From: Podarcis filfolensis
Taxonomy: Eukaryota
Reading direction: 5' to 3' (one strand)
Length of the DNA stretch: 64,000 nucleotides
Assembly: GCA_964270895.1 (NCBI GenBank)
Contig: OZ185445.1
Shown: piece after piece, positions 1-13,300 of the stretch
How positions within the stretch are numbered: position 1 is the first letter of the stretch
Layout: the number at the start of each line of letters is the position of its first letter
Made by a program: the position numbers and the translations under genes
The notes under the pieces: model-generated
Told to the model about the DNA's origin: nothing
Database searches by the model: none
Seen by the model: only the letters and a program-made list of their open reading frames with translations

Positions 1-3000
1 AGAAGAAAATATGAAATAGGCAGCTCCTAAGTTGGCACAAGTTTAGCTCTGTCACCAAGAGGATAGAACTACATGCACCTTGGGCAAGTCATTGGTGGGG
101 AGGCGGGTGCAAAGAGAGGAAAAGTTTACGGGCAGCACTTCTCTCAAATAGAACAAAGTCTCAAGTTTCATCACAATTAAGGCTGCAGGCACAGCTCTCC
201 AACTTCTCCAGGCTAGTGCAAGGCAAACTTTCTCCTTGCAAGGGGGAGAAGATATGGAGGCAAAAGAAAGGGATAACAGCTGTGGCTCCTGCATATGGAT
301 TCTCACTTCTATTCTATGAATGGATGCTTAACATGCTTGGGAATGAGAGGGGAATTTGATCAAATAGTTGCTCTCACCTCAGCATTTTGCTAGTTGGTAC
401 CCCAAGCAATTTTTTGTCTCCATCTGGGCTGCTAACTTTGCCTCATCAGAAGCAACTTAGTTACTCTTATTCTGGCCTTTTGAACAGGTGCAGATCCGCA
501 GTTAGGGTAAAAATGCTGCTGGACATGTGCACGAAGCAGCAATAAAAGAAAGATCATGCCAAGTCTCTCAGGGGAGACTATTGGCAGGCAAAATCATCAT
601 GATTGACATTTTACCTTGCAGTGTTCTGCTTGCCTCCACACTGAGATAATAGAAATGGCTGTTGCTGTTCAGTATGGGAATATCCATGTAGCCTACTTAC
701 ATTTCATTGTTAAAGCATTTTGGCAGCATTTCCTCAACATTTGCTTCATGGAGAAATGGAAAGACAACCAAATCTACTGAATTATTGGATAGTCAATACT
801 AGTAAAAGACATAGGAAAAGAGCTCCTTTATTTTAAAAGTTGTCTGAATGCTAGCTTATACCTTTGAAATTCTTTTTTCCAATAGCTTGTGATACATATT
901 TGGGCTGACACCAATAAGTTAATCACCAGTTCTAGTTGCAAGCAGGGATATCTTCAAATAGCATAGAGCCATCTTAGGGTCCATTGACAAAGAGTTGCCT
1001 GCAATTTCAATTGTTACGTTTTATCCATAATTGGTTAAGTAATTCTTAAGTAATTCGGCAGAGCATTGCTAACATACATCACTACCAGTTTTCTAAATCT
1101 GAAATATCTAGGAGGTATAAGATATCAGTGATACCGTGGTTTGTAAATACAAACACTTACATTAGTTCTTCTGAAATCAGTGTAGATGACATATTGTTTT
1201 AGCTCCATTGGTCCAGTGAAATAGTCCAATCAGCATACATGCGGCCTCTTTTTTTCTTTGAAATGATAGCTCTCCGTAAATTTTATAGCACCTGATAAGA
1301 CCATGGGAATTGCCCTTGTTTGTTGTGTCTTTGCCAGTATGGACAGTGGAGGAATGTTTCCCTCTTCTGGGTTAAACCTAGAGCTGGGACAATGGGTGCA
1401 ATGCACACATGCCTTGCAGCTGCTGCAGACGTGGGAGAGAGATATCAGATGCTATAGTAACAGGAATGCTTTCCATACCCTGTGAGATTGAGAAGATGTT
1501 AAATAGATGGTGCTATGGGAAGGATAGGTAGCAGGTAGAGCAGAACTTTTCAAACTGTGTGTTGTGACACGTCAGCATGTTGGCTGCAGTGTGTCTCGTG
1601 AATGCTCTCCGGGATGCTCCTACCGGGGCTGGAAAGTGGTTAGTTTAACCTCCAATTTGTTAATAAAACTGATTTACTGTGTTGCAAAATTATGCATGTC
1701 TAAAAAGTGTGTCACCAACATGAAAAGTTTGGGAGTGCCTTTCCCTAATAATCTGATGCAATCACTGTTGTGCCATTAGATAAGAATGCCATGTCCTGCA
1801 TAATTTACTACAACAGGAGAGCTATATTTCCGTGATGGAAGCCCGTACCATACCAGGTCACTATTTCAGCTGTCAGAAGACACCAAGTGTGTGATACAAA
1901 GTCTAAAATTCATTTTCCCTTTAATGAAGCTTTAATCTGTTTTAATGGTTTAGCATAATTATGTTTCAAAGTGTTGATTGGCATTACTTTACTTGTATAC
2001 AGATTAAGTGTTTCTTTTTTCTCTTTTAAATCTAATACTTTTACTAAATTTGTCAGATCATTCTCACTTATGTATTCTTACAGCTGGTTCAGAAACGTGT
2101 GTTACATCTTAATGTTAGTGACACAATATAAAGGTGTCCTGAAATCGGCTTCCTAATCATTACAAATCCATATTTACCTTTTTTTTTGCTTTTTTATAAA
2201 CTTTTTTTTTTAAATCTGCTTTCCCCTCCCCCCAACCCATTCCCAGATATTTGGGATATGTAAACTAAAAATGCTACTGTAATGTGTGGGTTGCGCTTTT
2301 CAAGGTATGTTGAGGAAAGCTTAACAGTCAGAACAAATCTTGTGCCCAGATAGATATACTTAAAAGATCTAGTAGCCCAGGAGATCTGAATTATATCTGT
2401 ATCATAGCAGCTTTTAGCCTTGCCACATTGTCTACTAGTGAGAGCTTGAGAAAAATGAACTGGAAGATACCACTGTAAGTTTGATACTGTTAATTGAAAA
2501 TTCATTTCCTGAGTTAAAAATACACAGATCAACATCAAATTGTGTGACTATCCATCAACATTCTGCATGAGTCAGTGCAGCTTCTATTAATTATGTGGCT
2601 CAAGGAATGGATAATATATAAAATCTGATTCATAAATTACAGAGCATAGGATAAGTTGAGATTCTGGATGATCTCAAACTGGAGGGCTGGTTGTTGTTGT
2701 TTTAGTGAGGTAAATCCAGGGGTCCGTAATGCTTGAATAGATCCTGGAGATAGTGGGCTAGGCAACATAACTCGAGCAAATAATGACAGTTTTAGGTGGG
2801 CATTGATGGACTGTGAGTCAGTATGTATAAAAATGCATGCATTTAGAATAACATAGTTCCAAGCCATGATTGAAGTCCTGTGCTGAGATTCCTTATCCAA
2901 TGAAAGGAGAAGAAATTGGTTTGACTTACGGAAATGTAGATCTGATTTAAAACAACTGAAAAGCTACATATGTCCACAACCTTTTTGAATGGTTCGATCC

Positions 3001-5457
3001 ACTGAGTGTGTGTTGAAGTCTCCACACACCTTTCATGCACAAAGCCAGAGAGTTGCATCATCACTGTTTTAAGCTTCTTCCAGTTTTCTGTTGTATGTAG
3101 GAAATTCTATCCAAAATTCCACAAATTAAGAAATTTCTAGAGATTATAAGACTTCTCTTAATTTCATTCTAGTATGCACATGCCTATAAGTGAACAAAAA
3201 GGAAGTGGCCATGTTTTATGTTGTGCTGTTTTCTGTGGTGTGTTTGCCATCTTTAAATATTGAGCTTCAAGGATCTCATTTCCTAGGATTATATATGATC
3301 TGATTTGAGTCACTTTGATCTTTGATTCAATGAAAAGTCAAAGAATCTGATTACATCCTTCAGAGGTAATTGTTTAACTATTAACCATTTCCTTCTACTA
3401 GTGTCTCACTCTTTTTCTTATCAGGAGATGGATTTAATGCATATTTTTTAAAAGACAGTTTTATGTCCACTATTGGTAGTTTTGTAATCTAAACTAGTTG
3501 TATGCAAATGATCTATTGTAATTCTCAACCCTATTTATGGACAGAGAAATTGGGGATGGGAAAGGGGGAATAAGCATTTCATCATCTTTCTGGAGAGAGG
3601 AGAAATGGGATTAGGCTTGCCATTATAAATGTAGTTATATCTATTGAAACACGTTGCTAATGAATGTGATAAATATATTATAATTGGTAGTAGAATGTCA
3701 TCCAGAGCTTACAATTTTCAAGTAATATCCAAATAATATATATCGGTTCATAACCAAACAGTTACTGTAAAGAGTTACTGGTGAGGAACACCATGATGCA
3801 GGCAGGATGCCTTTCAATGCCCAAGAAGTAATGTGGTGGGTGCTCCAATGTAACGAATTTAACAGCAATCAGCAAATAAGCAGTACAGTATATCCGGATT
3901 GGATCAACTGTTTTGAACTAGACTCTTCGTCAGCTGATAATGAAATTAAAGACATTACTTACAGTGAATGACAACAAAAATAATACTGAGCAACCTGCAT
4001 ATTAAATAATGAATAAATAAGGAATAAGGAATACATACCAAGTAGTTTTTTTAGAATATCCATACAGGTAAATATAGTACTTGTGGATCAGAGCTCACTA
4101 ATCAGTGTAGCTAACGGATACTGATACGACCGATGTAAGAACTTATAAAGCAGTAGTATAGCTTGTTTTTCTCATTAATTCCCCCGCTGCTGTTGCAAGA
4201 AACTGTTGGCAGCCTGGCCACCATTTTGCATTTTTACATTGCCTGGACCTAACACCATTCCAAGGCATTGTAGAAGGAAAAAGTGTTCACCACAAAAAAT
4301 GGTGGAGAGCATTCAGATAAAATTTTCAAAGTGACATATTTTTCATGGGTGAAATCTCCAAATTCTTTTAGAAAAAAAAGGCTTTTGAGAAATTTTGGTT
4401 CAACTAAAATTGTTGTATTTAGGGATACAAACAAATGCATGCCAGGAGAACAAAAATAATGAGGTTTTAAGTGTACAGGTGTATAATGTCTGTTTACCTT
4501 CTGATTTCCCAAGCCACTCTGCCAAAACTCGTTCTCCTGAGGACTGTAAAAATAGGTGGGTTGTCATGCTGACCACAAGACATGGCTGATGGTCTGAGTT
4601 CTGATTGCTGGACTATAATTTCTGTAATCCTAAAAATCTGTACAAGAGCTATAGATTTATTAATGAACTTTGTGACTGTTGAATACTAGTCATTTCTTTC
4701 TTTGGCACTATCCAATCATCCAGACACTGGCGTGCTCTATGCTCAGTCAAGTAGGAGGCAGGATTTCTCTGTGCAATGATTTTCTCTCCACCTTCACTTT
4801 TATAGTGCTATGGTACCTGTCTTTCAGAAATTGGGTTTTCCTCCACCTTCTCCACCACTGCTGCAGTGGCCAGGACTAAAGAGACCTAGCTGAGCTACCT
4901 TTAGTTTTTTAAGTTCCTTACTTTGGGGGCAGGGGAGGGTTTACTAGAGAATGATGGATGGTGTTCCTCATAGAGATGGCACTGCCTACTGGAAAGAACA
5001 GGCAGGTTCACTGAAGCCTTTTGCCTCCTCTCCGGTGGGAAGAGTGATCCCTCACACCAGACTGACTTTGCCTGCCTGCAGTTGGTGATGATTGAGTCTC
5101 CTTGCTCTCTGTTGAGTACTTGCCTTTTCTTGGTCTGGTGCTTTTCCTATTGTATATTTTTGAATTGGTTATGTTTTTGTTTTTATTTTTACTTTGCTTC
5201 CTCCTCTCCCCCTTTGGTGCTACTACAGTTGTTTGTTTACTTCCCTTTTGTTGCCCCAAATTGTGGGCTGTTTGTTTAGGAATAAGCAGCCACAGAACTA
5301 AAATAGAAAATGAAAGTAACCACCAGAACAGGTGAAGTCTTAGCTCAACCCCGTGGGGAGGGGGGGGGAGGGAATCAAATCCTATCATTTCCCACTGATA
5401 CATTTGGAAATAAGCATTGCCTAGCAGTTCTTGCATTGGCAGGCAGCAGAGCTCAGG

Positions 5458-5471
5458 GCTCCCCCTGGTGG
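5458..5471 (-). promoter_or_regulatory. Candidate CTCF core motif
   Basis: Minus strand reads CCACCAGGGGGAGC, close to the CTCF consensus CCASYAGRKGGCRS. Confidence 0.45.
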
Positions 5472-5526
5472 ATGTCAGGAATTTTGTAAAAGCTCATTGC
5501 TAACCACAAATCTTTTAGACAGAATA

Positions 5527-5565
5527 CAGTGGTACCTCGGGTTACAGATGCTTCAGGTTACAGAT
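5527..5565. mobile_element. Truncated Tc1/mariner-type MITE end
   Basis: TA-CAGTGGTACCTCGGGTTACA, same terminus as the full copies at 19527, 32369 and 59991. Confidence 0.7.
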
Positions 5566-5876
5566 GTAATTCAGAATCATATTTATTCCTCAAAGAATAT
5601 TTATTTAATGAATGTTGATGAAATTTAATTATTTCCTGTTCCTGCTGGTATAGTTGGTTCTATCTTGCTGTAGATGGTTCAAACATAATTTAGTGTGACT
5701 GTTTTGTTTTTAAATCTCAGTAGCTTTCCCTAGTTCATTTTAGGTTATATTGTTTTCTACAGCAGTCCAGTTATGTGTCATAGTCTATGAACATACAAAA
5801 ATGCATAAGTTTCATTCCTTCCTTGATATATTCACTAAAATGAAGATTTTTAATTTATTCTTTCTTTGATTTGCAG

Positions 5877-7385
5877 ATAAGCCTTTGAAGAAACGAAAAC
5901 AAGATTCCTATCCACAGGAGGCTGGAGGTGCTACTGGAGGAAATAAACCAGCTTCTCAGGAGACAGGTTCTGCAGGAAATGGGTCGAGGCCAGCCTTGAT
6001 GGTTAGTATTGATCTACAACAAGCAGGACGGGCGGACTCTCAGGCAACTGCTACTCAGGACTCTGACATCATCAAAAAGCCTGAAGAGATAAAGCAGTGT
6101 AACGATGGTTCTGTTTTTGTTCCTCAAGAGGATGTTATTGGAGTACTTAAACTAAAATCTGAAAACCACCCTGACATCCCTAGGAAAAAGTCAGATTCCG
6201 AAGGTGTAAAGGTGGAAATACAACACAATGAAAACAAACAAGCAGAAGTGCAGCAAAATGAGAGTAAACGGATAGAAACTAAACACACTGAAAGCAAGCA
6301 GGCAGAAATTAAACATGAGAGCAAACATGAGAGTAGACAGGTGGATGTGAAACCAAACGAGAGCAAGCAGAATAATGGCAAACAGGAAATAAGGCAACGA
6401 CCTGAGACTCCAAAACAGAAAAATGAAGTGAGGCCAGATACTCCAAAACAGAAAAATGAAGGCAGGCCAGAAACCCCAAAGCAGAAGAATGAAGGCAGGC
6501 CAGAAACCCCCAAACACAGACATGAAAACAGGCGGGATTCTGGTAAATCATCTTCAGAAAAGAAGCCTGATATATCTAAATATAAAATGGACATGAAATC
6601 CGATCCTTCCAGAGTGAAATCTGAAAGGCCTGATGCATTAAAACAGAGGACAGATGGACGTTCAGTTTCTGACTCTCTAAGACGGGATCATGATAACCTT
6701 AAACAAAAATCTGAGGACAGGGGTGAATCAGAAAGACACAGAGGAGATTCATCCAAGCTGAGAAGACCTGAGTATTTGAGGTCTTCGAGTAAGGGCGAGC
6801 ATGACTCTAAATATATCATTAAATCTGATAACACAAAACCTGAAAAACTAGACAGAAAACACAGGCATGAGTCTGGTGAGTCCCGGGATAGGCTGTCATC
6901 TGGGGATCAGAGACCAAGACCTGACAGCCCTCGTATTAAACAAGAAAGTAAAAGTGATATTGGTAAATTAAGGCCAGATAGACCGGGTTTTAAATCACAC
7001 AACAGTAAAGATGAACGAAGGACAGATGGTAATAAGAGCAAAATGGATAGTAACAAAGCACACACAGACAATAAAGCGGAATTTCCCAGTTATTTGTTGG
7101 GGGGAAGATCGGGGGCTTTGAAACACTTTATCATTCCAAAAATCAAACGTGATAAAGATGGTAATGTCATGCACGAAGCAAGGAAATCAGAAATTAAGGG
7201 TGAACCGAAGGACAAAGTTGAGAAGATTGGGCTCGTGGAGGATCTAAATAAAGGAGCTAAACCAGTTGTTGTTCTGCAGAAGCTTTCTTTGGATGATGTA
7301 CAAAAAATTATTAAGGATAGAGAAGACAAATCTAGAAGCTCTTGTTTTAAACCTAACAAGAACAAGTCATCCAGATCAAACAAAG
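5877..7385 (+). CDS. NIPBL: NIPBL exon 10 (large exon, 1509 nt; PETPKQK repeats, HP1-binding PxVxL)
   Basis: ttgcag|ATAAGCCTTTG...AACAAAG|gtaag; DKPLKKRKQDSYPQEAGG...KPVVVLQKLSLDDVQK...SNK; phase 1-1. Confidence 0.97.
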
Positions 7386-10300
7386 GTAAGTTTTCAAGTT
7401 TTTATCCATTATGCTTAGTATCGTGGTGTGTTTTATTCTAAATTTTAATTTTGGTAAAGAGGGTTTTTCTTGTTGTTGCTGCTGTTGTTGTTCCTAACCA
7501 TGACTTTCCTAAATCAGTTTGTGTAAACATATTAGGGATTGTTTTGTATTAGATTGTACTTGCAAAGCTTGATTATCCAAAAAGGTTGTTTAACAAAGAT
7601 AAAAGTATTGTAGGTGTTGATTTTCTACCCCACAGGAAAAGTACATGTTTTTATTTCAGCCTAGCTGTGGAATCGAGTTTATTATATATTTACTTAGGCA
7701 TTATTTCTTAGGGTTTCTAGCTTTCATCTTTGGTGGTAACCTGCTGCATTTTTCAGAAAAATAGTAAAATACAATACTATCTGTTTTATCCAGCTAAGTA
7801 TAACCAATGTGGACTTTTAATGGGTCTAAATTAGTCATGTCTTTTAATTTCAGTGGGTCTACACTGAGTATGACCAATATTTATTAGCTTGGTATAGTGA
7901 AACAAACATGGCTCTAAAAATTCCAGGTGTAGGCTTGTCCTAAAGTTGGAATTTCATAGAAGTCACCAATCTGCCTAGATTATCTAGCTTTCGGGAAATA
8001 ATGATTACATAATCATTTCCCTGTTTAATACCTTATCAACAAAGTATACTTGGATCAAAACAGATAAAAGAAAAGAAAGAGATTTTTTTATTTTTCAAAA
8101 AAATCATGATTTAGTAGGTTTGTGAAAATAAAACGGTATTTGGTGCTGAGAAGGCATTGCAGTAAGCGCCGGCTGGAATTCTTTGAGGAGGAAGTATGCC
8201 ACTATCAAGAAGATTCTGTCACTTGTAGCCACCTGCTGAAGTTCAGTTGACAGAAGCACACAAAGAAGAGCCTCAGATGAAGATTTAGTGCTAACTGTTT
8301 AATTCTGCATATCAACCTAGAAAGTGGAAATTAATTTGTTTTTGTAAATATTGTACAGTATAAGCAGATGATCAGCCATGTACACCTAGTTAACCATGTT
8401 CAGCTTGTTTTGCATTTCTGTTCTTGTCCAGGTTGTAGCTAATTTACTCATTTCTACACATAGTAGTCCTTTCTCAGTTATTAATATCCTTTCCTTTAAA
8501 TGTTTTTGCTCAACATGATACTATTATATTGCACACACATGTGTAACTATAATTAATGCAAATTTCAAAAAAATATATATGAAGGCATCAATGTATTATA
8601 TGTCTTTATTTCTGTAAATATTAGCTGAATGTAGAAGAGTGGCTAGCTTTCAATCTATGTTTGGTTGCAAAATATTGAGATCTATACTTAAACAGAGCGA
8701 TTACTGTATGGTCACTGATGCTGGAACTACAGCTCCCATTTTAGCATTAAAAAATGGCTACATTCATATGTCCATGGTAAGCTATGTTCCTCAGCACAAG
8801 CAGGGAGGAGCCGAATAGGTATAATGGGCTTGTGCATGGTACACCATGGTTTCTGGCTCACTGTGATATGTGAATGTTGTCATTATTAAATGCAGACCTA
8901 CTGTTGGGTTTATTTCTTGATTTCATTGTCACTTCGAAAAATGAACTATTTCCTTTCCCAGATGTGCCTGAGACAATAGTAACTGAGCTGAGCTGTAAAA
9001 CAAGCATACTTCGATAGTTAATGTAAAACTGGTTTATTTAAATAGCTCTTGATCTATAACTAATATCTGGGTCAGAGACTTTAATTTGAGCACATGAACA
9101 GATTTCATGACAGATGTATTAAACATTTTAGATAACTGAACAATCTAGAGGGTGAAAGTTTGCATCAGGTGGTCAAAGTGGGAGAAGAGGTGTCTGTGAG
9201 TTTTATCTCATCCTCAGTCATTTGTTCTGTTAGAGAAGGGTAATGCCTCATTTCTCATAACTGGAGAAATATCCTTGTTTTCACAGTGGTTATGTTGCAG
9301 CTCACTGTGGATAAATAGAACAGGAGGGGAGCAGAGACTAGAGAGAACGATCTGATTTAGCAAGCATACTTTTCTTGTATTCAGTAAACAAAGTTAAAAA
9401 CTTTGAAACTGCCAAGCTTACCTAATGCCTTCTTTGCATTTGACATTCTTTCATTGCTCTTAATGAACATATGAAATAGAAAATTTTCCAACGCTTTCTT
9501 TTTCTGTAGGAAATTTTTCATTTCCCACATCATTCGAAGGTGACTCCCAGAAAGTCTTTATGGGGGTGGGGAGGCTCACCAAAAGTTGGAGAGAAGCACC
9601 TTTTGTGAGCAGAAACTTGTGGGAGGCACCTTCACCCAATGTTCAGCAGTTACTGTCAGCTGCTTGCAACACAGCTCACTGTGTTAAGGCAGGAGGCCAG
9701 GAGGGGGCATGTCCTTGAATTGAACCGTATTATTGATGTATTTGCCACTTGTTTGTACAGTATGCTTTTTATAAATAATGCCAGCGTATCTAAAGATGCA
9801 CATAAAGTTGCTCTGCTATAAGTTGGGAATATGCATTTTGTTAACATAACTAGCTTTTCAAAGTTGCCTTCATCTGGTTACATGCACAATCTGCTTACAT
9901 ATGCAAATATGAAATGGGTAATGAATGGTTGCAAATAAAACATTATGAAGAGTCATGCTGAAGTAGGCTGCTTCTGAGAGGGAGATGATTTTTTAAAGTT
10001 TAATTTTTTGCAAACAAGAGCTCTTGATTGATTTGATATTTTAATTAACAATTTGTACTTTGAAGTTTGAATTAGTATTTTTGCTGATAATGCTGTGTGT
10101 TGCTAGTTGCTATAACTTTTTAAGTTTTAGAAACTATATTGTGATACCGTGTGAAAGGACAGGTGAAAGTGCTAATCAACACATGCAAATATTAATTTGT
10201 TTAGAACCTTATTCACTCACAGTGTACTCTTCATTGATAGGTAGCATAGATCAGTCAGTGTTAAAGGAATTACCTCCAGAACTCCTAGCAGAAATTGAAT

Positions 10301-13300
10301 CTACCATGCCTCTCTGTGAACGAGTGAAAATGAACAAACGTAAGCGTAGCACAGTAAATGAAAAACCAAAATACGCTGAAATCAGTTCTGATGATGACAA
10401 TGACAGTGAAGTGGCTTTTGAAAGTAAGTAGAGTGGTGATTTCTCATTTTGATAATGGTGATACATTGTGTTAAAAATGGTTTGTGGTGTCTTCCTAATC
10501 AGTCCTGCCAGATGAGCAAGGATGAAGCCTGGGTAGTTCACATGGCGGTGGGGACCAAGTAGGTGTACACACTCAGCATTCTGTAGTCTTCATTGAGTAA
10601 CCCAGTGTCTGAAGTAAATCACTTCCTGATTCAGCATAGTAAGGAAACAGCCAAGTAACATGCAGTGTCACATTTTGAGTACCTTAGATAAAAGCAAATA
10701 GGAGTTGAGACAGAATTTAGTCTGGATGGTTTTCTTGTGTAGGGTACTGTAGACATATTGAAGAAACTATAGTAGGCCGTGTTGAGGTATGCTGGTGTAG
10801 TATGTTACAGATAGGTAGCGGTGTTGGTCTGCCATAGTCAAAACAAATTTTTTTTTTCCCTTCCAGTAGCACCTTAAAGACCAACTAAGTTAGTTCTTGG
10901 TATGAGCTTTCGTGTGCATGCACACTTCTTCAGATACGAAGAAGTGTGCATGCACACGAAAGCTCATACCAAGAACTAACTTAGTTGGTCTTTAAGGTGC
11001 TACTGGAAGGAAAAAAAAATTTTTGTTTTGGTGTAGTATGGCAACTCTTGGGGGGATAACTTAGACAAGACATAGGCAAACTCGGCCCTCCAGATATTTT
11101 GGGACTACAACTCCCATCATCCCTGACCACTAGTCCTGTTAGCTTGGGATGATTGGAGTTGTAGTCCCAAAACGTCTGGAGAGCCGAGTTTGCCTATGCC
11201 TGACTTAGACAAAGGTCACTTAATAGGAATTCACTACAATACAGAGATAAACGCAGTCATGGAACTCATACATGGCTCTTTTTCTTTAAACAGTAAACAA
11301 ATTTATTTTGAGAACTCATCTGTGGTGCTTCAGGAAGTTGTGTTTTATAGAAAAATTAATCACCTTTAATGAACTAGTTGGGCTGAAAAAGATGGCTTAC
11401 TATGTTTTCCTTCCCTTCCTAGAAACTGAGCAAAAAGTGAACAAAATGTAAAGAAACATCAGAAGAAAGGTTTTATGGTTCAGTGGAAGGGTTTGAAAAA
11501 TTTTGGAGTGGAAAATAACATTCACATGCCTACTTCTGGGTTCCTGTCCTACTACTTTCATGGTGCTACAGATACGCTTTATTTACAAGAAGATAAAATG
11601 AATAGGCCCCTAAACAAAGTGTATTGCAATTTAATTGTATTTCTAAAACAAAATTAAAAGAATTAGGGGGAAATGGAAAATAATGATGCAGATAATGGTG
11701 TCCTTGGTCTTGAAATGAAAATCAAAGTTTTAGCTAAAAAATATACCTTTCAGTAACTGAAGCTAGATACACAGTTTTATCTAGTCAAGGAACACTAACT
11801 TCAACCAATAGGCAATTTATAAAGAGCAAGAAGGGGAAAAGGCATAGGAGGGAAATTCAAATTTGCATTTTGAAACTTTTCTGGAACATACTAATTTTCT
11901 TATTATGGGTGAGGCAAAAGAAGAAAGGTTGCAGAAGTTTGATGGTATGAGAGACGTTTGATTTATCAAGAAGAGGTCAGATTAATATAGAGTCCAGACA
12001 GGAACATCAATATATATATTTTTAAGGGCCCCCCTCCAATTTTTGAGAGCCTGAAAAGTGAGAATCAGACATATAAACTGAACACCTGATGACATTTGGA
12101 GCCAGGGATGAAAACGGTAAAGAAGAGAGAACATGTTTGTTTCAGTGAGCAAGAGAAATAAAGTAAGTAAAGGAATTCTGGAACAGCATCAAGGTTTCAA
12201 AGAAGTGGCTGGCAAACAAGTCAGTTCTGCATGCACATCTGGGATGTTGCTGCTTAATTAAAAAACACTAGCACTACCACAAACAAACAAACAACCCATA
12301 CCTCAGCCTATATATTTAGCAGTGGGAATTTCTGAAGTGAAAACAGCAAATGAAAGTCAGACATCAATCATAAGAATAGCTTATATAGATCTTGATCCAA
12401 AAATCGAAGGTGACAGTTGGAGCCCAGGTAAGCACAGCAATACCTTAGATGAGAAATAAAAGGCTGAACAAGCTTTTGGGTGCAGAAACAGAAAAGGATG
12501 GGCTTCCGTGTTTCTGTATATAGAATACTGTGCTTGAAAACTTTCAGTAGAATTTAGCAACTTGAGCTTTATCAGTTTGTCCTCCATGATTACTACTGCA
12601 CCAAGAAAGAAGTGAAAACATGCTTGTGAATTGCTCCTAGCTGGAAGATAAGTTGAGTTTCTTTAACCTGGACTTTGCATTCATAACAGTGTGTTAATTT
12701 CTAGCTTCTCGGAAAAGGCATAAAAAGGATAGAGAGGATGATAAAGCTTGGCAATATGAAGAACATGACAGACGAGCTTCTGGAGAACATAAAAGGAGTA
12801 GCCACTATCATGAAGGAAGGAGGAGCTCTGGTAGCAGTCGATATCGCAATCGTAGTCCAGAAGACTCAGATGTAGATGATTATTCTCCCCCTCCTAGCCT
12901 CAGTGAGGGTAATTATCACACCACTGTTAAACTTGCTCTCACATTAGTGATAATTTTTTCCTAAGGCTTAATTTTTAAAAAAAGTTTCTTAAGAACCTGA
13001 CTTACTGACAGATAGTTTTAAAGTTGTATTGGTCATATTGAATGTCATGATAAACCATACTTTATAGTGACAGGAAGAAGCCTAGTCTCCCCTGGCTTGT
13101 ATTCCCCTCTACTTCAGTATGTCCCCAAGAAGGAGTGTGGAAGTTTTGAGATTGATTAAATGTGACATCTACCTGAACCTAAGAATTACTGCATTCACAC
13201 AATGAAATCTTGGCTTAATAAGCCACAATAATACATGAGCTGCATATACTTACACATAGCCCCCACGTCACTTCTCCTTTTATGTAGGCAACAAAACAAA

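Noticed and set aside
5008-5436. 142-aa minus ORF and overlapping hydrophobic plus ORFs
   Set aside because: Low-complexity T-rich intron sequence; no recognisable protein
6124-6594. Minus-strand ORFs of 80-156 aa over NIPBL exon 10 (also 7090-7383)
   Set aside because: Antisense shadows of a repetitive, purine-rich coding exon; no independent gene signals
8960-9020. tttcccag acceptor followed by a short in-frame ORF and stop in intron 10
   Set aside because: No convincing donor or poly(A) support; indistinguishable from background
12146-12162. Possible 17-nt microexon (ttcag|...AA|gtaagt) in NIPBL intron 11
   Set aside because: Perfect donor but a purine-rich upstream region with almost no pyrimidine tract; likely chance
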